Source: Lama guanicoe (Eukaryota). From it: a DNA stretch of 64,000 nt. The notes beneath the pieces were generated by a model, which saw only the letters and a program-made list of their open reading frames with translations, searched no databases and was not told the origin of the DNA. The stretch's first letter is position 1, and each line of letters starts with the position of its first letter. This document shows positions 41,601 to 53,600 of the stretch, in pieces. The position numbers were made by a program, and so were the translations under genes. Where the stretch lies: contig MU054323.1 in assembly GCA_013239625.1 (NCBI GenBank), positions 15,690,029 through 15,754,028 of the forward strand. The letters run 5' to 3'.

Positions 41601-44600
41601 TCTCTCCCTGGGCCGGGGGCCCTGCATGCATTCTTTTATTTAATCTTCCCAACAACTCTATGATGTTGGGACAATTATAATTCCATCTGATGAACGACTC
41701 CTGGAAGAACTATACTATAAATTCCCCAAATAAAAATACCATAAAAATAATTCCTGAAATATATTAGGCACTCCCCCACCATCTTGATTCTTTCAAAGAC
41801 TTCTGAGTAGCTGAACGAGTTGTTTGCTCCTGGTGTCTCCTTAGAGGATGTCCATTTTTACATAACACATATAATTAAGACTGGGGCGTATTTATTTGGC
41901 TACACTGGGAGCTTGGAAATCCTGTTACAAGTTGGGTCTGTGCTTATGGAAAACCTCAAGCAACTTGAAGCAGTGGCTCCCAGCCTGGCAAAGCTTCCTT
42001 ATTCCTGGCTTGGGGACAGGAGCTTTGGGCAGCAGCCTCCCAGCCCTTCAGTGCTCCCTCTTCATCCTGGTCCAGCACCCGCGTCCGCGCTGCCCTGCAG
42101 ACGGCTAGGCAAATATTCAGGGCAGGAGCCCCATGCAGCCTGGGCCGTGATTGCTAAGAAAGGAGCCAAAGTGGGGAGGGCGGAAGGGAGAGAGGACTTT
42201 TTAAAACATGGAGGGCCTACTCAAAGGATTTTCTGTAGGAATGAAGAGGAGTGAAGACTGATGTTTCAATGCCTATGTCTTTTTTTAAACCACAGCATTA
42301 TTAAGATACTGTCGCCTACCATACAATTCATCCATTGAAAGTGTACCAGTCAATGGTTTCTACTATACTCACACAGTTGTGTAACCATCACCACAGTCAG
42401 TTCTAGAACATTTTCATAACCCCGAGAAGACACCCCACACCCACTGACAGTCACTCACCATGACCCCCAAATCCCTCCCTCCCCTAGGTCCAGAAAACCT
42501 CCAGTCTACTTTCATGAATGCCTATCTTAATGCATGACTATAAGAAACCAAGTTTACTTCTTTTTTCTTTTGTTTTGGGGAGAAGGTAATTAGGTTCACT
42601 TATTTATTTTTAATGGAGGTACTAGGGATTGGACCCAGGACCTCATGCACGCTAGGCACATTCTCTACCACTGATCTATACCCTCCCCCTAATGCATGAC
42701 TACAATTATTTGCTGTGATATTTTAGCCCAACTATATTAAATAATATTTGCTATATAGATAACTTCACTGTTTCTTCAAATGAGCTGAAAATATTCTGTT
42801 AATTATGAGAGAGCAACTCTCCTGCTGATGGACAAGTAAGTTGCCATGGTTGCATTTATTAAGTGTTTTTTTCTTTCATATATGTGACTGTAGTCAGAAG
42901 ATCCTAGAAGTGGTTGTCAAGGGGTGTTTGAGCAAAATCTAATTTGTTTATTCATTCAGAAAGTATTTATTGAGTGCCCACTATGTGTCAGGCACCATTC
43001 TAGAAGGGTCTTGGGCTACATCAGTGAACACAGCCCACCAAGATCCCTGCAGCCAGACACCTGAGACATGAGAATCAGACCCGGAACAACCTGCATTTGG
43101 GGGTCGGAGTCATCTTTGTTCCACAGTAAGGTAGAGAGCTGCCTTCCAGATAGGACACAGAAACTTGGAGGGGGTCCAGTAAGTAGAAACTCAGTAGCAG
43201 GAAAAGACAGAGTCTCTCCCAGCCCATGAAGAAGAGCTGATATAGGAGGAAAGACCCAAAGAAAGATGAGGCCGGACCCCAAGGCTACGTGATGACCCCT
43301 TAACTGACCCATGAATGGGCAAATGTGACAGGACAGAGAGGAACAAGGAACAAGACTGGGGCTCGGGAAGCCAAGAGCCGGAGAGATGGAGACCCACCCC
43401 TGATCCCGGGGCAGGGGCAAGGCTGTTCTTCACAGGAGAGGCCAAGGATGATGCTGGTACCCACACGAGCCAAGCAGTCCCAGTGCTGTGTCCCAGGGCC
43501 AGAGGAAGCAGCCTGGAGAACCAGATCCATTAGTTATGCTGAGGAAAGAGTTCTGGAAAAGATGGAGAATCCCTCAGGCCCAGATGAACCTACCACAAGC
43601 TTGGAAGGTGGAGTGGCTTCACCTGGCATCGTTTTCCTGGCCTGGTTCATCTGAAGAAGTTCCATGGTTACCTCAGCTGATCTACCATAGCATCGAATAT
43701 GTCCACCAGGAAAAGTTAACCAGGGAGGGGGCAGCAGAGCCCCACCTAGTGGCAAGGCTTAGTGACGCACCTTTCTCCTCCACTGTGCCCTCTGACCAAG
43801 GGCAGCTCACCTGGGATAGGAAGGAACCAGCGTCTATAACTGCCCATCCCTTCCACATGCAGTTTCCCGTCTCACCAACATGTCACATCTCTGAAAGTTT
43901 ATCTTCTTTAAGGTGTCGGGAGAAGGTTTTTTTCTTAAAATCCAGTCTTATAGAATAGTAAGACAAATATTCCAAAAGAAAAATGGATCAAGGCCACAGT
44001 GGAGAACTGTAAACAGCCCATAAACATAACAAGAGGCGTTCAACTTCACCAGGATCCAAATAAATGCAAAGTAAACAATAAGATGTCATCATTCACCAAT
44101 TCACACTGGAAATGGGTAAAACACAGTTTCGGCAAGAGTATGGAGAAGTGATTCAGCTCCTGCACTTACAGGAATATATTCTAAGGTAATTATCAGCCAG
44201 AGTCAAAAGAAGCCTGGACAGATGCTGTTCTTAATAAAAATTAATGGAGATGACTTAATTGTCCATCATCAGAATGGTGAAAGAAGTTAATACATGACTA
44301 CTGAAATACATGCTCTTACTGACAGCGGAAGCTTGGTCTGTGACAGGCTGTTAAGTCAAAGCAGGCTACAAAACAGCACGGGCGCCAGTCTCATGTTCTG
44401 TAACTATGTTTTGCACATGAGAACATGCACGTAGGAAAAGGGATACAACACTATAGACCAAAATTGTAAACCAGGAACTGCTGGAGAGAGGAATTGCCAG
44501 TGATTCCTTACTATCTACAGTGTATATTTGGACAGTGAGCATGTGTCAGCTTTATAATTACAGAGAAAACAAAGCTATTTTGAGTTTGTGTCCAAAGAAT

Positions 44601-47600
44601 TAGGACAAAGACAAAGGGAATGAAAAGTTATAGCAGACAGATTTGGTTCTATGAAAAACTGATCATTTTCCCATGATCTCTTATCTCTTCCCTTCCATGA
44701 AACTTGGTTCTTTCCCTCAGCTGGTTTTTATGTGGTCCCCTTCCCCCACAAAATGGACTTTGCATCTCTCTTTCCAGAATCTCCCACCTCCCTCCTCCCT
44801 TTTAAAACCTTGCTTCAGAAAGAATTGCCCAATAAATAATGAATGCTGAAGTGTATTTGATTTTTCCACAGAGTGGTTCAGGATAACCCATTGTGTAGCC
44901 TTAAAAATGACTAAAAGCTAATGTTATTTGCATCAATACCGTGTTAATGCAGTTTAAGCAAATTGCTAAACGTTAAGTGACATTTCTACTGAAGAATTAC
45001 CTGAACCGCCTCAGGAGTGGCACAGCTGAGGACAATTACTCTAAGAATAATGAAGTCTAAAGAAATATGGCACTTTAGTAAGATGCTTGCTCTGACAATT
45101 GTGAAATCAAGGTTTACTATTACCCAGAATTGTCAGTCAGTGTTTTGAGTTAAATCCATTTTTTTTTCCCCATTTCAACACCTCCTCCAGGGCAGGTTCA
45201 GACCACCCAAGGACAAAGCATTACCTTGGTTCTGACCTTGGTAAAGTCTTGCTAGGACGGATCATGGAATAAATGAGAACAGTTAGATTAAAATTCATGC
45301 CCTGACCAGTCAAGTGTTATTGCAGATCTCTGGTCCACCACCACCTACACTAACAGCCAAAATAGCCCCCTGCGCTAATCCAGGTAAGAACCTGAACTCA
45401 CCTTTGCAGCTGCTGATGAAGGTGAAGCTTGTTTGCATGGGGTCTGTCTTTCTAAGCCTGTCATTTGACTCAGATTTGGACAGAAAGCATTAAACCAGAT
45501 ATGCCAACAAAAGAGACTGCTCAAGGGCCCAACTTGTAAGGAAAGTAAATAAGCAAAGCCTTCAGGACCGCCATTCCCTCGAGGCAATTCTGGGGGGGCT
45601 GTGATAGAAATTCCTAAGGGTTCGGTAGCTGGGCTGTTACAAACCTGAAAAGGGATACTCTCCGGGGGTGTAGACCTGAGAAACCAGGGCAAAAGAAAGA
45701 GAGACATTTTTATCATCTCCCAGGAAAGGGCAGAGCCAGTCTTACTCAACTGCTTCTGTGATGTGGGGACTAGAAACACGTTCTCTCCCCTCCAGGAAGC
45801 CTCCTGTGAATTAGGACACTCCCTGGCTCCCCTTTCTTCCTTCTATGATCCCTTAAAGGTTTGGCCCAGGAATGGGGAATGCAGAGTGATGAAACTAGTT
45901 CTCTTCTCTGAGAAGCTGTTGAGGCCTGCAGAGATGAGAAAGGAAAACCCGGCGTGGTTAGATGCTTTCCACAGACCGTGCTCGGGGCCGGGGCCAGGAG
46001 CGGGCAGACTTGAGACATAGCCTCCCTTGCAGCCCTGGGGCTCCAGGAAGGAGAAGAGTTCAGGTCCTTCTCTTGCTGGGGGATACCTGATTGTCCTCCA
46101 CGTGTTGAAAGATTCCTAGACTGTAGGGTGTGTTTTGCTTTGATACCAGATGGGAGCAGGCGTTCTGCGGGGTCCCCTGGGCAGGGCTGAAAGCTTCTGT
46201 GGATTCACAGCTGCACCTTTGCCAACAGACACGCTGGTGCTCAGGATAAAGGGCTTAAGATTCAGATTGCTGGGCAGGCCAAGGACTCCAAGGCCATTAT
46301 AGGCCTTAACAGGCCCGTGGGACCGCTGAGACAGCCAAGCACGGGGACTGCTCCCTCTCGTGCCCTTGGCCAGGATCTTTGCCTCCCCTGCAGGCCTCAC
46401 AGTACAGCTAACCACAGAGAGCTTGGCCGACTTCCAAGCAACATCTGAACTGGGGGCACCTTCATCTGAGGGCAAAATAAGGGAAGAAAGCAGGTTGCTG
46501 ATTGCATGTAAGTCAGCTGACCTTGCGTAATCCCCCCCGGGTACCCAGAGGCAGCGGTCTCTGGAGCTGCTTACCAGACACCTGGCTGGGCTGCCCGCTG
46601 CTTGCCGTCCCTGCTCTGCACTCACACACACCTCCGCGCACACTGCTGGCCTCCGCAGCTCACCTCCGGGTTGGGCCAAGTTGTCTTAACCTCTGGTGAA
46701 CATCTGTTTGCTCTCTCTCTCTCCTCTGTGTGTCACAGAGAAGGTCTCTGCCAGTCTGGACGCTCAGGGACTCTCAGGGACTTGGGTCTGCTAGAGAGGC
46801 CCCCAGCTGGGCATCCCGGGACCCACCTCTGGGACAAAGCGCAAATACCCAGGCACCCACGCGAACCAGGCGTGGTCTGGGGGTGATGGAAACCAGGCCT
46901 GTACCTGATCTCTGGCTCCTGTTTTTCCCTGCCTAACAACCCGAGGCTGTTTTAGCATTTGATCCCCTTCCCTTTTTATCACCTTTTATCATCGTCCTGC
47001 CTCCGGGTCTCTAGCTCTAGTGTCCCTTTCTTCTGCATCCTCTTCACGCTGCCAATGATTACCACTATCTCATTGACCACACAGACGCTCCCAGCTCCTT
47101 TTCTGCCCTTATATCCTACCCATTTCTGCTGCCCCTCACCATCACCATCACCCCTGCAGCTTTGCTCTGAGCACCTCAGACACTCCCACGAACCCCAGAG
47201 TGTCCCCGCCTTGGAGCCTTGCCTGGCCCCAGGCGCTCAGACCTGGACGAGTCACGAAGCCCCGTGATGGTTCCTGCAGGTGGGGAGCCTGGCACACAGG
47301 CAGTCAGGCAGGTCAGAGCACAGGGCTTCTTAGCTACCCTTCAACTGGCTCTCCCTTCAGATAGTCATGTGTATCAGGGGAGTCGCCCAGCTCCTCAGCT
47401 AGAATATCATCAGCTCACAGAGTTGGAAAGAATTGTATGAAGTGCTTCCAGTCTAACTTCCCTCCAAAGAAAATGAACCCCAGTCCCTTATCGCATGCCA
47501 GATGGAGGCTTTTGTCCCGCGTGGGATAACTTCGCGGGAGTAGTGCGGGGATTCTCAAACCCATTGTTGACATAAAAATCTAGAACTTCAGCCCGTTGAT

Positions 47601-50600
47601 CCTAATTTGTCTAAACTAGTACTTCTCAAAGTGTGGTCCGAGGACCCTGCTTTCAGGGATTCTGTGAGGTCCTCTCTTCTCCACCTCCATAACTGTGTGA
47701 GGCCAGATTTTCTTCACACACTTCGACAAAAACACATTTCACCACTGACTGAGGGAACTGACGTCTGATTCAAGCTGTCTTCTCAGTTCTTCGAATTCTT
47801 TTGTTTTAGAAAACAGTTCTTTTTCTTAAAAAAAATGATAAAATAGGTCTATTGTTATTTTAAAGTGAATGAATAAGGCATTAGATTGATAGCTAATATT
47901 CTGTTTCAAACAAAAGGATGCACAAATTTCTGATACAAGAAAAATCAGTAGATATAACCAACACAAACAAAGGCTCTTTGGCATCTTCATTGTTTTCTAA
48001 GAGCATAAATTTGAGAGTCTTTCAATTATATGAACGTATCCTTCACGTCCTCCTTCATGTCTCACCTTTTCTGGGGAAATTTCTCCAGTTTCTCCAACAG
48101 GTCCCCCTCTAGCTACACCACAGCTGTCAGCGACTCAGCACAGGGCACCCAGAGAAGGACACGGAGCCTCAAGGGCTGAGCCAGGGAACTGCCTCTCTCG
48201 TCCTAAATTCTCTGCTGCTGTGAAAACATCTCAAGTTCCATTTGGGGGAAGCTCTGTCTCACTATCAGCTCATCTTCTACTGAACAAGACAATCACTCAA
48301 GTTCCCAGGGCTTTTTTTTTTCACTCTTGTGTTTCTACGGAAGCATGTCGCCCCAATCCTGTCTTGGTGCAACTAAGTGTTTGAACTCAGCTTAGAATGT
48401 CACAGTTATCTCTATCACATTCTCCCTTAGTGTAGTCCACAGCAGTCTTCCTGAATCTTAATTCAGCACTGAATGCATTCACTGTCTGTCATCCGCAAAA
48501 CTGATTAACATGCCACCTGCCTGCATTCCAGCCACTGATAAAAACATATCACGTTGGGACTGAACTTCATAAGCCCCACCCAATACCCCATCTGTGTGGA
48601 GGGCAATCCACAAACAGACACAAGCAGCTACGTACAGACCTAATGAAGTTATCAGCCTCAGTATTTTCATCCTCTCCTGCACAGGACTTCGAACTTATGA
48701 CCCATGAGAGATTTTTGCTGCCCTCTCCCACTGTGCCCTCCGGCCACAGATGTAATCTGGCACACCTCCTGTTGAAGCCACCACCTCCACTGCAGGGGAA
48801 CTTCTTTAATTAGAAGGCGTACTCTATGTTAGACGCTGTGCTATGTGTTGGAACTACAAAGATGACTCGGGTATTTTCAGATTCTAGAACTCTGCTGCCA
48901 AACGCCTGCCTTAGTGGGTACCACGCCCTCTGCTTCCAGAGTAGTCAGTGATGCTACTGCCTCCTTGGGTCCCCACAACCAGACCCCGCCCATCCTACTG
49001 GGCCCTCTGATCCTGGATGGAAGCCCCCGGCGCTGTGCTGCTGATGATTTAGGTTAGGACTCGGTGGCTTTTCCTCGGAACCATCCTTTTGCTGTCTGGC
49101 TTCACGGGACCTTGAGCTCTGTTTGATCAGATAAGCTTCACCGGCCTGGAAACCTAACCATGGAGTTGATGTTGCTTCCAGGAGAAGAGGCTGCCAGGTC
49201 CCAAACAGAGATCTCACACAGCTTTGGAGGGTAATCCATCTGTCAGCGCGGGACTGTGGATGCTTCTCCGGGGTGACTGCAGTGTCCAGGACCTTCTCTG
49301 ACAGCCCTCGTGCGACGGGCTGCGGGCGCGGCGACCCCTTCGGCACAGCAGCAGCCGCTCCCCGCGCGCCCCCGACTCGCTGCAGCAGGAGGAGGTGCTC
49401 CCCGGGACGTGCGCAGCCCTCGGCGCGAAGCCAGGCCCGCGGACGGCAGGTGCGCCGAGCCCCCCGGCTCCAGAGGCCTGCCGCCTGTCAGACGGCCGCC
49501 GCCTCCTAAAAGCTGCACCAGAGTCACTGGGGAGAAACCAGAGGACCGAAGGGCCACCTGCGCTTCCGCCCCATAAAACTGGAAAGCCCTAAGGGCCACG
49601 CGTCCCGGCTCCCGCTTAGGTCTGGGGCTGGTGACTTCCAGATGTGCAGGGAACAGAAGCCAGAACCATTGCTCTGATCCTAGAGCAGAGATGGTCTGGG
49701 CCCTCACGCGGAGCGCGCCTTACCAGGGAATGTTCCAGGCCTAGCTTTGCCATGACCTCACCCCGGCCCCTGAGCCGCGGCAGAAGTGACAATGACGCCC
49801 CCTTGCGATAAACAGATGGTGGTTACCTGCAGGCTCTGCTGCCTGCCAGCCTGGGCTTAACATTCAGCCCTGCCACTCCCCGTGCTTCAGTCTCCTCACC
49901 TGTGAGGTGGGAGCACACCTGCACCTCACAGGGTCACTGTGACTGAATACCGGCAAGGTGCTTGGTCAGCGCCTGACACTGCGCTCACTGCTCTTGGGAA
50001 CTGTTAATGGTTTCAGATGTTCACCCTGGAAATTGTTCAGAACCAATACCTCTCTTAGACACAGACTGTTTCTATAACATGACCCAGCCAGGACCGTCAC
50101 AAAAATAATTCCTTGTTTTTTTATGGGCACCTCTTACATTTTTCAGAGTGATTTTATACACGAGGTAAATCCTTCGTGTGAGGCAGGGCAGGACAAGTCC
50201 TTACGACCTCGGCTTCCCACAGGAGAAGACTGGAGATCAGAGAAAACAGCAAGCCCCCTAGACTCAGATTGGGTCTCCTGACTTCTTTCTACGCCACACC
50301 ACACCATTACTCCCTGACACCAGAATACAAATGTTCTCACCAATCTACTTCTCATTACTACCAAATCCCAAAGCACCAAGTCTGAGCTGGCCCAGTGTTG
50401 TTTTGTTTTTTTTTTCCAGCCTTCAGCTTTTGGATGAAAGTGATTTGGTTCAAACTTGTCCCAAACAAGTGAAAGGGGCACTAACAGAAGGATACGTCTC
50501 CTGGACAGGAGTAAGAGGCTTGGAATTCTCTCATGTCAGAGAACTCTTTATCTCCTACTGAAGTAACAGAGCACCCAGCATTCTCATCCTACCTCACACT

Positions 50601-53600
50601 CAAGGGCAAAAACTGAGATGTCACCAGCACTTTTTTTTTTTTAGGAAAAGGGCAAAGTACATGTCTTTACCAGTAGGTGGCAATAGAGTAATGAGGCGAA
50701 AGAAGCTAAAGGTTTAAACATATGAATCATAAATATTTTGAACTTGGAGTTCATCCCACCCAAACTGCTAATGTTACTCAAAAAGAAATTAAGGTTCGCA
50801 GAGGGCATGTGACTTGTTCAAGGTCCTACTCCTGGTTAATGGTTGAACCAAATTAAACTCAGTTCTCATCATTACACCAGAACATCTTTCAAAATAGCCT
50901 GGCATCTTTTAATCATGTGCAGGAAAATATCACTTCCTTTGAGTGTGTTAATAATTGCAGCATGCAGGAGAGCTGATGGCCTTTAAGAAATGAAACAGTT
51001 GGTTACACTCTCAGCCTGAGAGCTAAAGGCAACGGGTGGCAGTGGGTAATGAGGAAGGGAGAGAAACAGACTTTTTGTGTCTTTATGAGGTTTCCTAACA
51101 TGTCTGTGCTGCCTCTGAGCGCCTCCCAGACGTAATTCTCCCAAAGAGATCAGGGACTATTGGGCAAGAACCTCCCCTTCCCAACCACCCCTTCCACTGT
51201 ATCAGCACCAGTTGGGGGGGGGCGTTAAACAGAATGCCAGGTGCCGTTTTGCTCCATTCTGCTTGAGGTGAAAAGGAGAAACTCAGGAAATGAGTGGACT
51301 GGCTGCTCCCTGAAGGGGCCACATTTGTCCTGTGTGGTTCCAAGAAAAGAAACACAAACAGATAGTGAGACAGATGTACCCAGAATGATACTGGCCACAT
51401 TTTGGGTGCTTACTAAGTATGATGGATGGGTGGATGGAAGGATGGATGGATGCACAAAGATTTCAGCTCAATCCAATGAAAAGTTTTCTCACAGTCTCAA
51501 TAATCCAAGAAGAAATTCTCTGCTTTGGTTGGGAATGTAATGAGTTTCCTATCTCTGGAGGTATTCAACACCAGCCAGCCACTCACTTGGTAGGGATGTT
51601 ATAGAAGCAGGCTGAGGGGTTTGGTTCAGATTGCATGAGCTTTTAGGCCCCTTTGAATCCCAGGATTCCTATTATTCCATGATTCTCGGTGCATAGCGAA
51701 CAGAAGGAAAGAGTAAAGATGTTTTTGTCTTCGGCTTTAAGAGCTTTAAATGAGAAAATCCCACAGATTTCAGGTTGCTTCATCCCAAAGGCTGGTCTCA
51801 TGCTTCTTTACTGAGCTTTCTGCCACAATTAGAAAACATTATCATTCTGACAATTCACCTGAGAGCTTCTTGTGGTTTCATCTAAGTAATAAGTTTGTTT
51901 CTTTTTAATTTTGACAAGCAGGGGAGCCTGACTTGTGGAAACCTGGATCAGTCCTTCTAGATGCAGGTAATTATACAGCCCGACCTCCTGGCCGTGACTG
52001 GATCAAGATTCCTAGGATTACAGAACTAGGAGGGTCTAATTATCCAGCTGGTGGCACAGAGGCCAAGCTCAGCTGCAGAAGCCTTTCCAACAGTGTCCCC
52101 TCCGACGTCAGCATCTGGTGACCATGCAAAGGGCACACTGAAGCTCCCACAGGGAGGCTTGGGCCAGGGACAACACTGGATCACAAAGGGGAAAGGAAAC
52201 ATGAAGACAAAAAGGCAGAAGGGAGTGAGTTCCCAGCCCTCAAAATGAGTTAGACTTTCACTCCACCTGGGAGCACACTTTGATTTCCTTCTATTTATTC
52301 TTCCTCTTTGCAAGTGGGATGCAGGTTTCCCCTTCACGTGAATGAGTGTTGCTCCACATTTACTGCATTTAGTGTTTGAAACTCCAGGGCAGATTTTGCT
52401 GGGGCGGTGGGGAATGCGAGGTAGAAAAGAGGACCTGGGACTCGACCTGCATTTCTTCACCTCTGGGGGCTCTTGGCCAAGAAATGCCATTAGACACCCA
52501 AAGTGAAACTTTTTAAATGATGTGAGGAAGTAGGATGAGCAAGCTGACCTTTAATGGGAAGATGAAATCATGTGCTTTGCAAATTGGAAAAACTAACAAG
52601 CCAGGAGAAAGGTTACTGCAGCCAAGAGTGAGCAGAGTGCCCAGCGCCTTCCTCCACTGGGGGAGACTCTTGAGCGGGCGTCGCTCAGCGTCCCAGAAAC
52701 AGGGAGACCTACTTCCGGTGCTGCAAGTTTCCCTCTGCCTGAGAAACTCATTGGCCTGACCAAGCCTAAAAAGACTCTTATTAATTGTCTTTATTTCTTT
52801 ATATATTTGTGAACCCAGCTCCCAGGTAAACAGCTCTAAAGAAAATCCCTGAGGCTGAAAATCAACGCCTCCCCCCAACCCCAGCCTCTCCAAGAACTAA
52901 ACCCTTTTGCTTTTGTACTCTGGTCTCAGCCTGCTGGAGGGGAAGGGTTGCATATCAGATCCTCTTATTTGTTTGAGTTGCTTGTGTCTCATCTCTTCCC
53001 CTCCAGTCTACACTCAGCCCCCATTAGACTGTCCTCTCCTCTCACTCATCTTTGTTCATCAACTCAATCACCAAAGGCTGACTGAGGATCGACATGGAGG
53101 AGGCACAGGAAAGGTTTATGTGCTGAGTGAGACACATGCCCTGACCTCGAGTTTTCAGAATTTCACAGAGGAACCATTCACACTAACAAAGTGCTTAATC
53201 CTCTCAGATAAGGAAATTAAGGCTCAGACAGAATCAGTTAACTGGCAGTAGGGGACAGCTCTCGATCCGCCTGACTTCAGATTGCCCCCAAGCACCCGGG
53301 CAAGCAAGCGAGCTGTGTCTCTAGTATCCTGTCAGTAAATATTCACGCATTCTTGTCTCTTAAGATGGGACAGAGTGGAGAAGAGCAGTTAGACACAAGC
53401 CAGCCCCTTGAGCTGAGTGTCCCCATCCCTGGGGTGAGGCCAGATGCTTCCTGTTCTTGTAAGTCACTGAAAGTTTTACTGTTCTTTCCAGGATTTGTTC
53501 CAAAAGAAGAATTAAGCACACAGTCTTTGGAACCAGTGTCCCAGGGAGATCCAAGTAAGTTAACTGACAACTAGAAACCCACAGTGGCTTTGACATCTGA

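Noticed and set aside
45366..46560. Compensating +1/-1 frameshifts restoring frame across the two fossil exons
   Set aside because: The TAA at 45376-45378 lies between the two indels, and the second exon has no AG acceptor.
46116..46679. Longest track ORFs (187 aa minus strand here; also 35154-35702 and 49243-49707)
   Set aside because: They lie in GC-rich sequence where stops are scarce, and show no domain similarity or splice support.
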